Below, in pieces: positions 19,325-29,533 of a stretch of 64,000 nt of DNA. Origin of the DNA: Cyanobacteriota bacterium. GTDB lineage: Bacteria; Cyanobacteriota; Cyanobacteriia; PCC-6307; Cyanobiaceae. The position numbers and the translations under genes were made by a program. The notes under the pieces are model-generated. The model saw only the letters and a list, made by a program, of their open reading frames with translations, ran no database searches and was not told the DNA's origin. The DNA lies in NCBI GenBank assembly GCA_026389315.1, contig JAPLIC010000036.1, positions 8,048-72,047 of the forward strand, read 5' to 3'. How positions within the stretch are numbered: position 1 is the stretch's first letter; each line of letters opens with the position of its first letter.

Positions 19325-20408
19325 GGAGTGATTTTTGAGGGGCCCAAGGACGGGCGAGAGGTTCGCCAATAAAGAGTCCTTGGCCAGGCATGGCGACACT
19401 ACGCCAATAAGCCTCAATTAGAGTATCTCCTCTTAGGTAGTAGGTTAAAAATAGACCAGGATGCGGAAACTTAGCAATAAAGTTACATGGCTCTACCACG
19501 GTGCCATAGCTACCTGTTGCGCCGGCATCAATCCACCTTAACGAGCTCATTTGACTACTGTCAGTCAGTTTGCCTCCAAAAGATGTAAGGTGATCGGCAA
19601 CAGCACCGGGCAAAAAATTGTTTGTATTGATCTTCTTTACCCAAGGTAATCCTGTAAAATAGGCCATAACATCCTGGGCGTTACTTAGGCTATCGGAGTG
19701 AATTATTTTAAGCTTAAACTTATTGCCAACACTTCGGATAGATTCTTCGAATAGTGGGGCCCTACTGTTTCTGACGGGATCACTGGTAATCATTAAATAA
19801 CCTGTACCCTTCGGGGCACTGCGGTCAGAAGATAATCCCTTGTGAATCAAAGATTTGCCCTGATCAATACTGCTGGCAGCCAGTAACATAGATGGACGAA
19901 GCTTTAACTGATCCCACGGTCGGTAAATATCACCTCTTGCATAATAAGGATTTAAACGAGTTGTTTTACATGATCTTTGGCAAAGGCCAGGTTCTATGCC
20001 GTAGGCGAAAGCACTGGTGATCGATTGGCAGCCAACGCGATAGGGTGTTGTCCAAGCTAATGCAAAAGCCTGAATATGCTTAGGTGTTTTCTTATTAATA
20101 TCTCGCATAATCCTATGAAATTGAGACACCGGCAATTCACTGACTCCAGTAGGTAAGAATATATGAATTACCTGACTGGTAGGGATCATTCTCTCTTTGA
20201 CATAAATGGCGCCAATCTCCAAGCTATAAGGATCATTATCATTAACAACAACGGCCAAATTTTTGGAATCAATGCCACTTGTAGACATTGATTCAGATAG
20301 CATTGGCTTGCGATATTGTCCTAGGTCTGAATTGATAAACAGTAATCCCGCAAACAGTAACCACACACTTTGCCTTAGGGCATATTTCAATCGTTTGGAC
20401 ATAAGCAT
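19227..20408 (-). CDS. TIGR03790-like secreted protein
   Basis: Signal/TM N-terminus; family-like motifs VVVNDNDPYS, PGAVADHLTSFGG, AGATGSYGTVVEP and GEPLARPW, recalled from memory. Confidence 0.75.
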   Translation of the reverse strand: MLMSKRLKYALRQSVWLLFAGLLFINSDLGQYRKPMLSESMSTSGIDSKNLAVVVNDNDPYSLEIGAIYVKERMIPTSQVIHIFLPTGVSELPVSQFHRIMRDINKKTPKHIQAFALAWTTPYRVGCQSITSAFAYGIEPGLCQRSCKTTRLNPYYARGDIYRPWDQLKLRPSMLLAASSIDQGKSLIHKGLSSDRSAPKGTGYLMITSDPVRNSRAPLFEESIRSVGNKFKLKIIHSDSLSNAQDVMAYFTGLPWVKKINTNNFLPGAVADHLTSFGGKLTDSSQMSSLRWIDAGATGSYGTVVEPCNFIAKFPHPGLFLTYYLRGDTLIEAYWRSVAMPGQGLFIGEPLARPWAPQKSLLKGGASGAKPMHGQESSQDPDSEGASQAPDGP

Positions 20409-20739
20409 TTATGAGGCTCCGTTGGTCAGGAAGTTCAGATCGTTTAAACTTTCTGATATCAGCAGTTGTCATTCGATGATTCTAATGGGCCTACAAGCCC
20501 TGTGCTTCATTATTGGGCTGGTATTGTTCTGGCTGTCAGAGGGCCTTCTCAGCACAAAGCTGAAAACTTTCATGGTATGATCACCAAAAGTTTGGAAGCA
20601 GGTTGAACTTAAGTCAAGCATGCTTTAAAATGACATTTACTAAACTCAGATTCAAACATTGTGTTTCATTGGGAGCTAACTACTTGTGAAGTTTAAATCA
20701 CTACTCTGACATTTCTTAACCGCAAATTTCATCCAAGTT

Positions 20740-22296
20740 ATGCTTAGCAATACGACGATCAACAGTTTGCGGCAAATTGGATACACTAAGTATTCCGATC
20801 AGCAACTTCTTGATTTATTCTTAACTCAAGGTATCCAATCCCTCAGAGATATAAGTGGTGAATACGTCTTGATTCTGGAAGGGGCAAACGAATGTGTTAT
20901 TATTACTTCTCCTGTAGGGGCCATGCAGTATTATTGCTACTATAATAACAATTGTTTTTATCACGGAAATTTGATTATTAATATTCTTAATCAGGCAACT
21001 ATTCCTTGGAAATGGAATTGGTCTGCCTTAGGTGATTTATGCCAACTTGAAAACCTTACTAATAACCAAACATTACATCCTTCCATTAGTCGAGTTCCTC
21101 CCGGAACATGTCTCTACTATAAAAATGGTCAGATTAATATAGATACCAGTTGCTATATCGATACAATCCCGTTGCTCCGTCCAGATCCCAACGCGGCGGT
21201 AAAAGCGATGAATCAAGAAGTGGCGACTTGGTCAGGAAATAATCCCTATCTTTCCCTGTCAGGGGGGTTTGATTCCAGGGTGATATTGGGATCAATGTTA
21301 CAGCAGGGAATTCAACCCCATTTGATTACAATAGGAAATGATCAGTGCTCCGATGTGATGACAGCCAAAGCAATTGCATCCGAATATAATTTGACCCATG
21401 ATTTAATTCGAATTAACATTAATGATTTTTTCGAGCATGCCACCAGGATTTCTTATTTAACTAATGGGACCAAGACCGCTTGGCATTGGAATACTTATCT
21501 ATATCCTTTGAAGGCCAATATACCTACTGATAGTAGCTTCTTTGTGGGTACTTTAGGCGAATTTGCTCGTTCTTACTATTTTGATAAAGGTAAGTTAGGT
21601 CAATTGGGAGATTTGAATCCAAAATTAGCGCTCAACAAGTTTTGGACTATGAAATTAAATCGTCATCCAACATTTTACCCTGATGAACTGTCATCACTAA
21701 ATAGTCAATTTGCAAATCAACTTTATCCACAGGGCATTAACTCACGCGCGAATAAGCTTGCTAGTTATTGTAAACAAGAATTTTTGCCTGGGCTAGCTCG
21801 TTACTACTTCGAACAAAGAGTGCCCAACTTTTACGCTAATGGCATAAGCATGTATATGGATTCTAGCCAATGGAGATCTCCATTTCACAGTCGTCGTTGG
21901 ATAGATCATATCTGGAATCTACCAGCATCATGGAAACTAGGCTCCAATTGGCATAGATATGCAATTACGAAAAACATGCCTAAATTATTAAATTTTCCCG
22001 AAGAAAATGGTTTGGCGCCCGGACGGATGCTTAAAAAAGCTCCACCTTTTTACTGGACATCATTAATGCGAAGAACACCCTATATTACTTATGATTTAAG
22101 TTCTGAGTGGTATCGGAATCCTAGTCTACAAGATTTTATTTATTCTAACCGACAAACTTTAGACGATTTAATTGATCCTGATTTAGTTGCAACAATATTA
22201 CTTAATCACAAATCGGGTGAAGACAGGACGCGAACTCTGGCTTTTCTACTCACCATGATTTATTGGAAGCAAAATCTAAAGCGCCATAATTTATAG
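20740..22296 (+). CDS. Asparagine-synthetase-related ATP-dependent amide ligase lacking the N-terminal Cys
   Basis: PP-loop LSLSGGFDSR, RVPPG linker, GTLGEFAR and RSPF motifs; no MCG start. Confidence 0.72.
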   Translation: MLSNTTINSLRQIGYTKYSDQQLLDLFLTQGIQSLRDISGEYVLILEGANECVIITSPVGAMQYYCYYNNNCFYHGNLIINILNQATIPWKWNWSALGDLCQLENLTNNQTLHPSISRVPPGTCLYYKNGQINIDTSCYIDTIPLLRPDPNAAVKAMNQEVATWSGNNPYLSLSGGFDSRVILGSMLQQGIQPHLITIGNDQCSDVMTAKAIASEYNLTHDLIRININDFFEHATRISYLTNGTKTAWHWNTYLYPLKANIPTDSSFFVGTLGEFARSYYFDKGKLGQLGDLNPKLALNKFWTMKLNRHPTFYPDELSSLNSQFANQLYPQGINSRANKLASYCKQEFLPGLARYYFEQRVPNFYANGISMYMDSSQWRSPFHSRRWIDHIWNLPASWKLGSNWHRYAITKNMPKLLNFPEENGLAPGRMLKKAPPFYWTSLMRRTPYITYDLSSEWYRNPSLQDFIYSNRQTLDDLIDPDLVATILLNHKSGEDRTRTLAFLLTMIYWKQNLKRHNL

Positions 22297-22304
22297 AATT
22301 TATC

Positions 22305-23237
22305 ATGACATATAGTCGTCAAAACCTATCAAGAGAGCCTCTCTACGGCTGGCCTTCGCCACTATCTCTTCAGAAGCCACCTTTACCACCAAACAACGTT
22401 AATGGCGATTCAAGCCCTGGCTTGAAAATCTCCATAGTCATACCAACCTTGAATCAAGGCAATACGATAGAGGATACAATTTTTTCAATCATAAACCAAA
22501 ATTATCCCTTTTATGAAATTATAGTTATGGATGGTGGAAGTAATGACGCTACCCTTGATGTGTTAAGCCGATATAGACCTTATTTGGCTCATGTCTCTTC
22601 CGCGCCTGATAAGGGTCAATCACAAGCCATCAATAGGGGATTTCAGCAGGCAACTGGTGATATCTTTGCTTGGCTTAATTCTGATGATTATTATCTTCCA
22701 GGAGCACTTGCGAAGGTGGCCGAAACTTTCTCTGATCCAAGCGTTGAGTTTCTAGTTGGGGCTGGTGACGTCATTTCATTGGAGCATAAGTTTTTACGTT
22801 TTATTCCTGAGCGTATTTTAAATCGGGAGGCATTGCTTGATTGGAAAAATGATCGTTGGATTATGCAGCAATGTTGTTTTTGGACCTCGGCATTGTGGCA
22901 AAGAGTGGGTGGGGTAGACGAGAGCTTGGGACTGTTGATGGATTACGATCTTTGGTTTAAATTTTCATCCAGTTGTCATCCCATCGCATTAGATCAGAAA
23001 TTGGGCATTATGCGTTATTATCCAGAAGCGAAAACCGTTAAGTTTCGAAGCAAGACCAATCAGGAGCTGGCCTACGTATATGCTAAGCACGGTCTATTAG
23101 ACGAACTCAAAGAGTTGGTTGCTTCTCTTGCTGAACAAAACTCAGAGTTAGAGTCACAATTATGGACTATTAAATCAAGTCTTCCTGTTCGATTGCTTAA
23201 GCGATTTTATCTTTTTCCATCGGTCACAGATAGATGA
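22305..23237 (+). CDS. Glycosyltransferase family 2
   Basis: ISIVIPTLN, VMDGGSND, GQSQAINRG, WLNSDD and MDYDLW. Confidence 0.92.
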   Translation: MTYSRQNLSREPLYGWPSPLSLQKPPLPPNNVNGDSSPGLKISIVIPTLNQGNTIEDTIFSIINQNYPFYEIIVMDGGSNDATLDVLSRYRPYLAHVSSAPDKGQSQAINRGFQQATGDIFAWLNSDDYYLPGALAKVAETFSDPSVEFLVGAGDVISLEHKFLRFIPERILNREALLDWKNDRWIMQQCCFWTSALWQRVGGVDESLGLLMDYDLWFKFSSSCHPIALDQKLGIMRYYPEAKTVKFRSKTNQELAYVYAKHGLLDELKELVASLAEQNSELESQLWTIKSSLPVRLLKRFYLFPSVTDR

Positions 23238-24127
23238 TCATGAATCATTCGATCCGGTCAATTTTTGTTGGCATAACCAGTTGGAATAGCCAACTGTTCC
23301 TTCCCCATTGTCTTCGATCTCTTGCGGAGACTACTAACGGACATGATATTACAATTTGCGTACTTGATAATAATTCAACAGATGATTCAGTCGCCATTGC
23401 ACAATCTTTTGGCGTTGAAGTTATTCAGATGGGATGCACCCAGCCTCAAGCACTCAGCTATCTTATTAATCATTCTAGAGCTGACTACACCTTGCTTATC
23501 CATTCCGATGTGATACTTATTGACCCCCGTTGGCCATTACTTTGTATGGATAAGATCAATAGGTCAGTTGTGCTGGTATCTCCCGAGGATATTGGGTGTG
23601 GTCCCATGACCCGTCCATTTGGGCTTAACATGCCTGAAAGCTCCTTTATGTTTTTTAACACCAAATTGATCAAAAAATGTCGCCATGTGGTTCTCCCATC
23701 CCGCAACAATTTTTTCCCTCATTACGAATTCAATTTCAATGGCCATCATGTAACCCATAATATTCCCGCCACTTTGTCAAGACACGGATTCCGATGGTTT
23801 GCTATGAATGTTTTAACGTCTAATGTGGTTACTGAACCCCTGTTCAGGCCTTCCAAACCCCCAGCAGTTTGGTCAGATGAATTGATGTACTTGCGTTACG
23901 GTCTTGGTAACTTTTATAGTATTGATGGCATTATCACTCATTACCATAACTGGTATGATCGAATATCCACCCGATCCCATCTTCCCCTTGATTCTGCTGA
24001 TAGTAAAAAAGATTTTCCTGCAGATTTTATTTATAACTACACCTCTCGATTTTTGTCTGATTATCAGCAAAACAACCTCGATCTACCTATTGATATAAAT
24101 ATTCGTCGTCATCCCAAGGCCCTTTGA
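23234..24127 (+). CDS. Glycosyltransferase family 2-like protein
   Basis: VGITSWN, VLDNNSTD and LIHSDV (GT-A N-terminal domain). Confidence 0.8.
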   Translation: MIMNHSIRSIFVGITSWNSQLFLPHCLRSLAETTNGHDITICVLDNNSTDDSVAIAQSFGVEVIQMGCTQPQALSYLINHSRADYTLLIHSDVILIDPRWPLLCMDKINRSVVLVSPEDIGCGPMTRPFGLNMPESSFMFFNTKLIKKCRHVVLPSRNNFFPHYEFNFNGHHVTHNIPATLSRHGFRWFAMNVLTSNVVTEPLFRPSKPPAVWSDELMYLRYGLGNFYSIDGIITHYHNWYDRISTRSHLPLDSADSKKDFPADFIYNYTSRFLSDYQQNNLDLPIDINIRRHPKAL

Positions 24128-24178
24128 ATATTTGATACTCTTTTTCTTGATTTCCCATGAACCCATTCTTTTCGCTAA

Positions 24179-25282
24179 ATGGCAAATTTAACTAAGAGAG
24201 CTGCCCACTTTCTTTTAATTCCTGAACTACTGTATTCGCCTCCCAATCGTGCCATTATTGAAGCACTTCTAGCTAGTGATTATGAAGTTCATGTTTTTTC
24301 CCCTAACTTGTTATCTACACCGACAGAATACGGCTCAAATGTTATTACCCATTCAGCTACATACTCCTTTCGTTGGATTGCGAAAGTCATTCTTGATCCT
24401 TTTTGGTGGAGTGTCCGTTGCATCTCTGGAACGAGTGAAGAGCCTTTGGCTGTCGTAGGTCTTTTAGCATTTTTACTGAAAAAGAAATCATTTATATTAG
24501 CTGATGAGATTAAGGCAGGTAGCTATAGAGGAAATAGTTCAGAGCGATGGAAAAATTTATGTCGCTGGGCCATGAAGCATGCGAAGTTTAATATTGTCAA
24601 TGATCAATCGCGAGTTTCGCTGCTACGTGAATACGTACCCTTGCCATCTCAAGCTCAAATCATTGTCTATCCAGGCTGTTTCCATCAACCACCCGTTCCG
24701 TCTGTTGATTATCGAAAGGAACTTCGTCAACAATGGCACATTCCAGAGCAGGCACTGGTATTGGCGTCATCTGGGGGATTTAATTTGACGGCAGGTGCGG
24801 ATTGGCTCATTAATGCACTTCAAGATCGGCCTGATCTTTATGCAGTAATTCAGCCTTTGGGAGTTGATCCACTCGCACTTTTTCTTTTAGAAAATATCCC
24901 TTCTATAAACCGTGTTTATTTACAACGTAAACGTCTTGGCTGGAATGAGGCGTGGCGATCTGCTGTTGGTTTCGACATTGGCATGGCAATATATACTAAT
25001 CAAGCGCCACAATTTCAAAAAATGGGAATTAGCTCGAATCGTTTATGTATGTTTATTGCCATGGGAGTTCCCATTATATGCAGTAAGCAGGACAGCTTTG
25101 ACTTCGTGTCTAGGTATGAGTGTGGAGCTGTTGTTTCTGATTACACAGAGTTTCTGGAGGCCATCTCGTATATTCGTTCTAACCTTACCCAAATGCGTGA
25201 CAATTGTAGGCGTTGTTTTCATGACTATATCATGCCTGCCGATCGATTCCCGTCCCTAAGCAGAGCTATTGATTCCCTATAG
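24179..25282 (+). CDS. Divergent GT-B fold (GT4-like) glycosyltransferase
   Basis: C-terminal FDIGMAIY...SSNRLCMFIAMGVPII resembles the GT4 'NKlfeYmAaGlPvi' motif; lies inside the GT operon. Confidence 0.62.
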   Translation: MANLTKRAAHFLLIPELLYSPPNRAIIEALLASDYEVHVFSPNLLSTPTEYGSNVITHSATYSFRWIAKVILDPFWWSVRCISGTSEEPLAVVGLLAFLLKKKSFILADEIKAGSYRGNSSERWKNLCRWAMKHAKFNIVNDQSRVSLLREYVPLPSQAQIIVYPGCFHQPPVPSVDYRKELRQQWHIPEQALVLASSGGFNLTAGADWLINALQDRPDLYAVIQPLGVDPLALFLLENIPSINRVYLQRKRLGWNEAWRSAVGFDIGMAIYTNQAPQFQKMGISSNRLCMFIAMGVPIICSKQDSFDFVSRYECGAVVSDYTEFLEAISYIRSNLTQMRDNCRRCFHDYIMPADRFPSLSRAIDSL

Positions 25283-25316
25283 AGACCATGAATGCTTGTT
25301 TTTGTTTTTACTTTCC

Positions 25317-26201
25317 ATGACTAAGCCTAATTTTAATTTTTATCTACATCAATTTTCCCTGGCTGCAGTTCATGCCGCCAAGCGACTAGTTCCTGCTCTG
25401 TTGATGCCTCATCGGCTTGATTTAGATGGAAAATTCGTTATCGGCATCACAACCTATATCGAGCGTTATGAAAAATATTTTAAACCTCTTTATCAATCAC
25501 TTTCTTTTCTTTTCCCTGATGTCCCAATCGTAGTCACAGTAAATGGTTTTCCGGATTCTCTTAAACAGCACCACTATCTTGCTCGCATTCAATCAGAATT
25601 ATGTGATCATGCTCCATCGCATCATACGTTTGTGCTGCACGATCTCCCGTGTGGGTTGACAACTCTTTGGAACGAAATGCTTCAGGTGTCCGAGAATAGA
25701 CCCCTTTGGATACTTAATGATGATCTAAGGGTTGATCCTTGGCTCAGGCGTTGGGCCGAAAAATTTGACTGGAGCAATGTTCAACTTACTCTTTTGAATG
25801 ATACTTGGTCTCATTTTATTATTGCACCTGAAGCGATTGCTAAGGTTGGCATTTTTGAGTCTTCTTTTCTCGGAATTGGTTTCGAGGATATGGATTACAC
25901 TGCCCGTTCTGGTTTCGCGGGTGTCGCAATTGGCAACATCCTCTGCCCCTATCTTCACCACTGCAATCATCAACCTAAAACCACTTCGTTTGACGATGTT
26001 TCTGGCCGCACTTGGGGAAAATATACGAGTGCCAATGAGGAATGTTTTTTTCGTCTCTGGTGCCGGTCTTCTGACGGGCAGGGGGTGTATATTAAGCAGA
26101 TCCATGATTATGTTAAGCCTGTCCATCCCCTTTCTATTGTTTCTTTATCCTCATTAAAGCCCCTGCAGATTCGACAGGGTTTATCTTTTCCGGATCGGTA
26201 G
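25317..26201 (+). CDS. Divergent GT2-like glycosyltransferase
   Basis: VIGITTY, GLTTLWN, ILNDDL and GIGFEDMDY motifs. Confidence 0.62.
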   Translation: MTKPNFNFYLHQFSLAAVHAAKRLVPALLMPHRLDLDGKFVIGITTYIERYEKYFKPLYQSLSFLFPDVPIVVTVNGFPDSLKQHHYLARIQSELCDHAPSHHTFVLHDLPCGLTTLWNEMLQVSENRPLWILNDDLRVDPWLRRWAEKFDWSNVQLTLLNDTWSHFIIAPEAIAKVGIFESSFLGIGFEDMDYTARSGFAGVAIGNILCPYLHHCNHQPKTTSFDDVSGRTWGKYTSANEECFFRLWCRSSDGQGVYIKQIHDYVKPVHPLSIVSLSSLKPLQIRQGLSFPDR

Positions 26202-26206
26202 TTTTC

Positions 26207-27526
26207 ATGAAGATCCTCTTTTTTGCCCCCTCGGCCTACCTCCTTGGCGGAGTTCAAGACTGGCTGGCAGATCTTGTGCCAAGTATCAGACTAAGGGGTC
26301 ATGATGTCACTGTTGCAGTACCGGATGGAATTTTACATCGTCTTGAATCTTATAGTCAAGCTTATCCTGAATTGGCTTGCATCGGCCTGCAAAATCCAAC
26401 GGGTAGCCAGGAAGGTAGAATACAGTCCATAGTGAATCGGATAACCTCTATCCAGCCTGATTTGATTGTTGGAGTTAATATCGCTTCAATTTATCCTGCT
26501 GTTGCCAGGCTGCGTTCGCGTGGAGATCATGTTGGAAAATTGATCATTACGCTGCATGCCATTGAGGCCGATTATCTCGAAGATCTGCGTGAGTTTCGCG
26601 CCATTGTTGACACAGTTGTGGTTACGAATAAGCTTACTGCTACTTTGGTCGCTCAGGAATCATTGATACCGAATGACAGGATTTTGTATGCTCCTTATGG
26701 TGTAAGGATGCCAACAATCAACTTTCCAGTGCCAACTTCTGATGATGTTTTACGAATTGCTTGGGTTGGGCGTTTTGAACAGGCTCAAAAACGAGTTCAC
26801 GATATTGTGCCTATTCTAAACCGCCTGGATCGTATTTCTTTTCCCTATTGCTTATCCATGGCTGGTGTTGGTCCTGAAGCGCTCAGCATTCAGGAGCAGC
26901 TTCAACCCTGGATTCGTTCTGGGAAAGTGCGCTGGCTGGGTCTCTTAGATAGGCATCAACTTCAGCTTCAGGTCTATGTTCAAAGTGATGTGCTGTTAAT
27001 CACTTCTAGCTGGGAAACTGGTCCGATTGTTGCGTGGGAGGCAATGGCCGCTGGTTTGGTGGTTGTGAGCAGTCGTTATGTTGGTTCCGGTTCTGAAGGG
27101 GCCCTTAAAGATGGTCATACTGCCCTGTTGTTTCCCGTGGGTGATTATGACGCAGCTGCCGAGGCACTCGCCAAGCTTTTCGATCTTAACCTGCGAACAT
27201 CCTTGGCTAACGCTGCTTTCGAAATGGTAAGCCGTAGGTATTCTGATGCCGCTTCTTTGGCCAGTTGGCTTGAGGTCTTTAATCAAACCATGGACCTCCC
27301 TCCCCTAATTGTGGACCACGCCAAGTTTGCGCAATTTGCAGACACTGCCCCCAGTGGTAGACTTGATCGTTGGCTTGGTGTGACAAGAGCTGAGTATCTT
27401 CGTCGTTTTCTTGGGCTCAACTTTCACCATCTTTCAGCGGGGAGCGAATGGCCCCATTCAATGCATGGAGCCGGAGACAATGGCCGTCTGCTCTCGATGG
27501 CCACTCGGATAGAAGCCCATGCGTGA
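26207..27526 (+). CDS. Glycosyltransferase family 4
   Basis: GGVQDW, WVGRFEQAQKR and SSWETGPIVAWEAMAAG (EX7E). Confidence 0.9.
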   Translation: MKILFFAPSAYLLGGVQDWLADLVPSIRLRGHDVTVAVPDGILHRLESYSQAYPELACIGLQNPTGSQEGRIQSIVNRITSIQPDLIVGVNIASIYPAVARLRSRGDHVGKLIITLHAIEADYLEDLREFRAIVDTVVVTNKLTATLVAQESLIPNDRILYAPYGVRMPTINFPVPTSDDVLRIAWVGRFEQAQKRVHDIVPILNRLDRISFPYCLSMAGVGPEALSIQEQLQPWIRSGKVRWLGLLDRHQLQLQVYVQSDVLLITSSWETGPIVAWEAMAAGLVVVSSRYVGSGSEGALKDGHTALLFPVGDYDAAAEALAKLFDLNLRTSLANAAFEMVSRRYSDAASLASWLEVFNQTMDLPPLIVDHAKFAQFADTAPSGRLDRWLGVTRAEYLRRFLGLNFHHLSAGSEWPHSMHGAGDNGRLLSMATRIEAHA

Positions 27527-28526
27527 ACAACTAGGGGTCTGGTTGAAGGACCGTTGGCGTTACGAGATTGCCCTACGCAGCCCTACTCCTGAGTACCTTT
27601 CTCTGGCTAATCGAATGGAGCGCCTAGAAAGAGCGCCAGATGGCACAGGTTTCTGCTGCCGTTGGACCTTTACATCCAGGTTGCATGCCCCTAAGATTCA
27701 AAGCCAGTTGGGCCTGAGGCTGCTGCGTCGCTGCCTTGAACATGCTCCGATTAGGTGCGCTCCGACCCGGCCAACCTCCCCATACCCTCCCGACATAAGC
27801 GTTTTGATTGGACATCGCGGCCGCGAGAGATTACCGCTGCTGCTGGCGACATTGACCAGCCTGGCGGCTCAGAAGGATGTCAACCTTGAATGTATTGTAA
27901 TTGAACAGGCGGCTGTGTCGGAGATCGCCAACGATTTACCATACTGGGTCCGCCATGTCTTGGCACCATTGTCCAAAGCTTCAGCCCCCTATAACCGATC
28001 TCAGACCTTTAATGTAGGTGCCCGTGAGGCACTTGGTAAGACTTTGTTGCTGCATGACAATGACATGCTTGTCCCAGCTGGTTATTGTCGTCGTATTCTT
28101 GATCGTCGCGCCAGGGGTTATGAAGTGATCAACCCTAAGCGTTATATCTTTTACCTTACTGAGAGCCACAGTAAAGCAGCTCAAAGTGGGCTTGTTGAAT
28201 ATGAAGCTTTTCCTCCAGATTATATTGTACAAAACCTGGAAGCTGGCGGTAGTATGGCTATAAGTGCAACGGGATTTGAGGCCATTGGAGGAATGGACGA
28301 AGGTTTTATTGGTTGGGGCGGGGAAGACAATGAATTTTGGGATAGATGTCTCACTCTTCCCACTTGGATTTGGGGTTATGAGCCAATCATCCATCTTTGG
28401 CATCGCAGTCAACCACTCAAGGATGACCTGGATAACCCAAATATAGCCCGATGTAGAGAAATCATGCAACGCTCTCCTGGGGAAAGAATAGCGGCACTCG
28501 TGCAGTCAAGAGGGACCTTGTCTTGA
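27519..28526 (+). CDS. GT2 with a galactosyltransferase (GT7)-type C-terminal motif
   Basis: ISVLIGHRG, YNRSQTFNVG, LHDND and GGMDEGFIGWGGEDNEF. Confidence 0.82.
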   Translation: MREQLGVWLKDRWRYEIALRSPTPEYLSLANRMERLERAPDGTGFCCRWTFTSRLHAPKIQSQLGLRLLRRCLEHAPIRCAPTRPTSPYPPDISVLIGHRGRERLPLLLATLTSLAAQKDVNLECIVIEQAAVSEIANDLPYWVRHVLAPLSKASAPYNRSQTFNVGAREALGKTLLLHDNDMLVPAGYCRRILDRRARGYEVINPKRYIFYLTESHSKAAQSGLVEYEAFPPDYIVQNLEAGGSMAISATGFEAIGGMDEGFIGWGGEDNEFWDRCLTLPTWIWGYEPIIHLWHRSQPLKDDLDNPNIARCREIMQRSPGERIAALVQSRGTLS

Positions 28527-29533
28527 TAAGTGATATAGTTAAAGATGGTCCGCTAGTGAGCACTGTCATACCCGTCTATAACCGGGCCACTCTGCTAGTG
28601 GATTCTGTTAATAGTGTAATTAACCAGACTTACAGACGCGTAGAAATCATTCTCGTAGATGATGGTTCAACTGATGAAACCCCTATTGTTCTGGCTGATT
28701 TATTTCGACGTTGGCCCGATCGAGTGAAGGTACTGCACCAGGCCAATGCCGGTCCTGGTCCGGCCCGACAACGTGGTCTTGAGTTGGCAAGTGGAGATTT
28801 CGTGCAGTTTCTTGATAGTGATGATTTGCTCCTACCCAAAAAGTTTAGTTACCAGGTGGCCGCACTACTCGCAAACCCAGAGGCTCAGATCTGCTATGGC
28901 CGTAGTTATGAGGAGGATTATTCCAGGCGACCTCTCCGCCGTGAAGGGCCCATGCGCCAAACTGGCCGTTTCCACGACCACCTTTTCCCATTGTTGCTGG
29001 TTGAACGTTGGTGGACCACGAGTAGCCCCCTTTACCGGCGAAGTTTTTTGGAGCGTATTGGCCCTTGGCGATCTTTGCTGAACGAGGAGGATTGGGAATA
29101 TGACGCCCGTGCGGGTGCAACCGGTGCCCGCCTTTGTTGGGTGGACGAAGATGTGTCCGTCAGGCGTATCCATTTGGCTCCCGAGCATCTAAGTTCGGGC
29201 GGTACCGAGGACCCTCGCAAACTGCTCGACCGTGCAGCAGCCCGCCAATCCATTTTTCTTTCAGCGCTTGCTGCGGGAATGGATACTCACAAACCGGAAA
29301 TGGCCAATTTTGCACGCTCGGCTTTTCTATTATGTCGTCAATGTGGTTTGGCTGGTTTAGACGATGCCTCCAGGGACCTTTTTGCATTGGCTAGACGTGC
29401 ATCGACAACCGCCCGTCGGCTAGGTCCTGACTATTTACTTTATGGCATGCTTGGAAAACTTTTGGGTTGGTCTAATGCTGCTCGACTTATCCTTCCATGT
29501 TATAGAGTTCTTTCACTACGGCGGGGGAGCTGA
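28523..29533 (+). CDS. Glycosyltransferase family 2
   Basis: STVIPVYN, VDDGSTD, FLDSDD and EDWEY. Confidence 0.92.
   Translation: MISDIVKDGPLVSTVIPVYNRATLLVDSVNSVINQTYRRVEIILVDDGSTDETPIVLADLFRRWPDRVKVLHQANAGPGPARQRGLELASGDFVQFLDSDDLLLPKKFSYQVAALLANPEAQICYGRSYEEDYSRRPLRREGPMRQTGRFHDHLFPLLLVERWWTTSSPLYRRSFLERIGPWRSLLNEEDWEYDARAGATGARLCWVDEDVSVRRIHLAPEHLSSGGTEDPRKLLDRAAARQSIFLSALAAGMDTHKPEMANFARSAFLLCRQCGLAGLDDASRDLFALARRASTTARRLGPDYLLYGMLGKLLGWSNAARLILPCYRVLSLRRGS

Noticed and set aside
20409-22296. Lasso-peptide cluster (Cys-less AsnB homolog as cyclase)
   Set aside because: No transglutaminase-like B2 protease, PqqD/RRE protein or precursor with a Thr(-2)/Gly(+1) pattern seen; the context is glycan synthesis.
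28245-28252. ops-like GGCGGTAG
   Set aside because: It lies inside a GT coding region rather than an operon leader, so it is likely a chance match.
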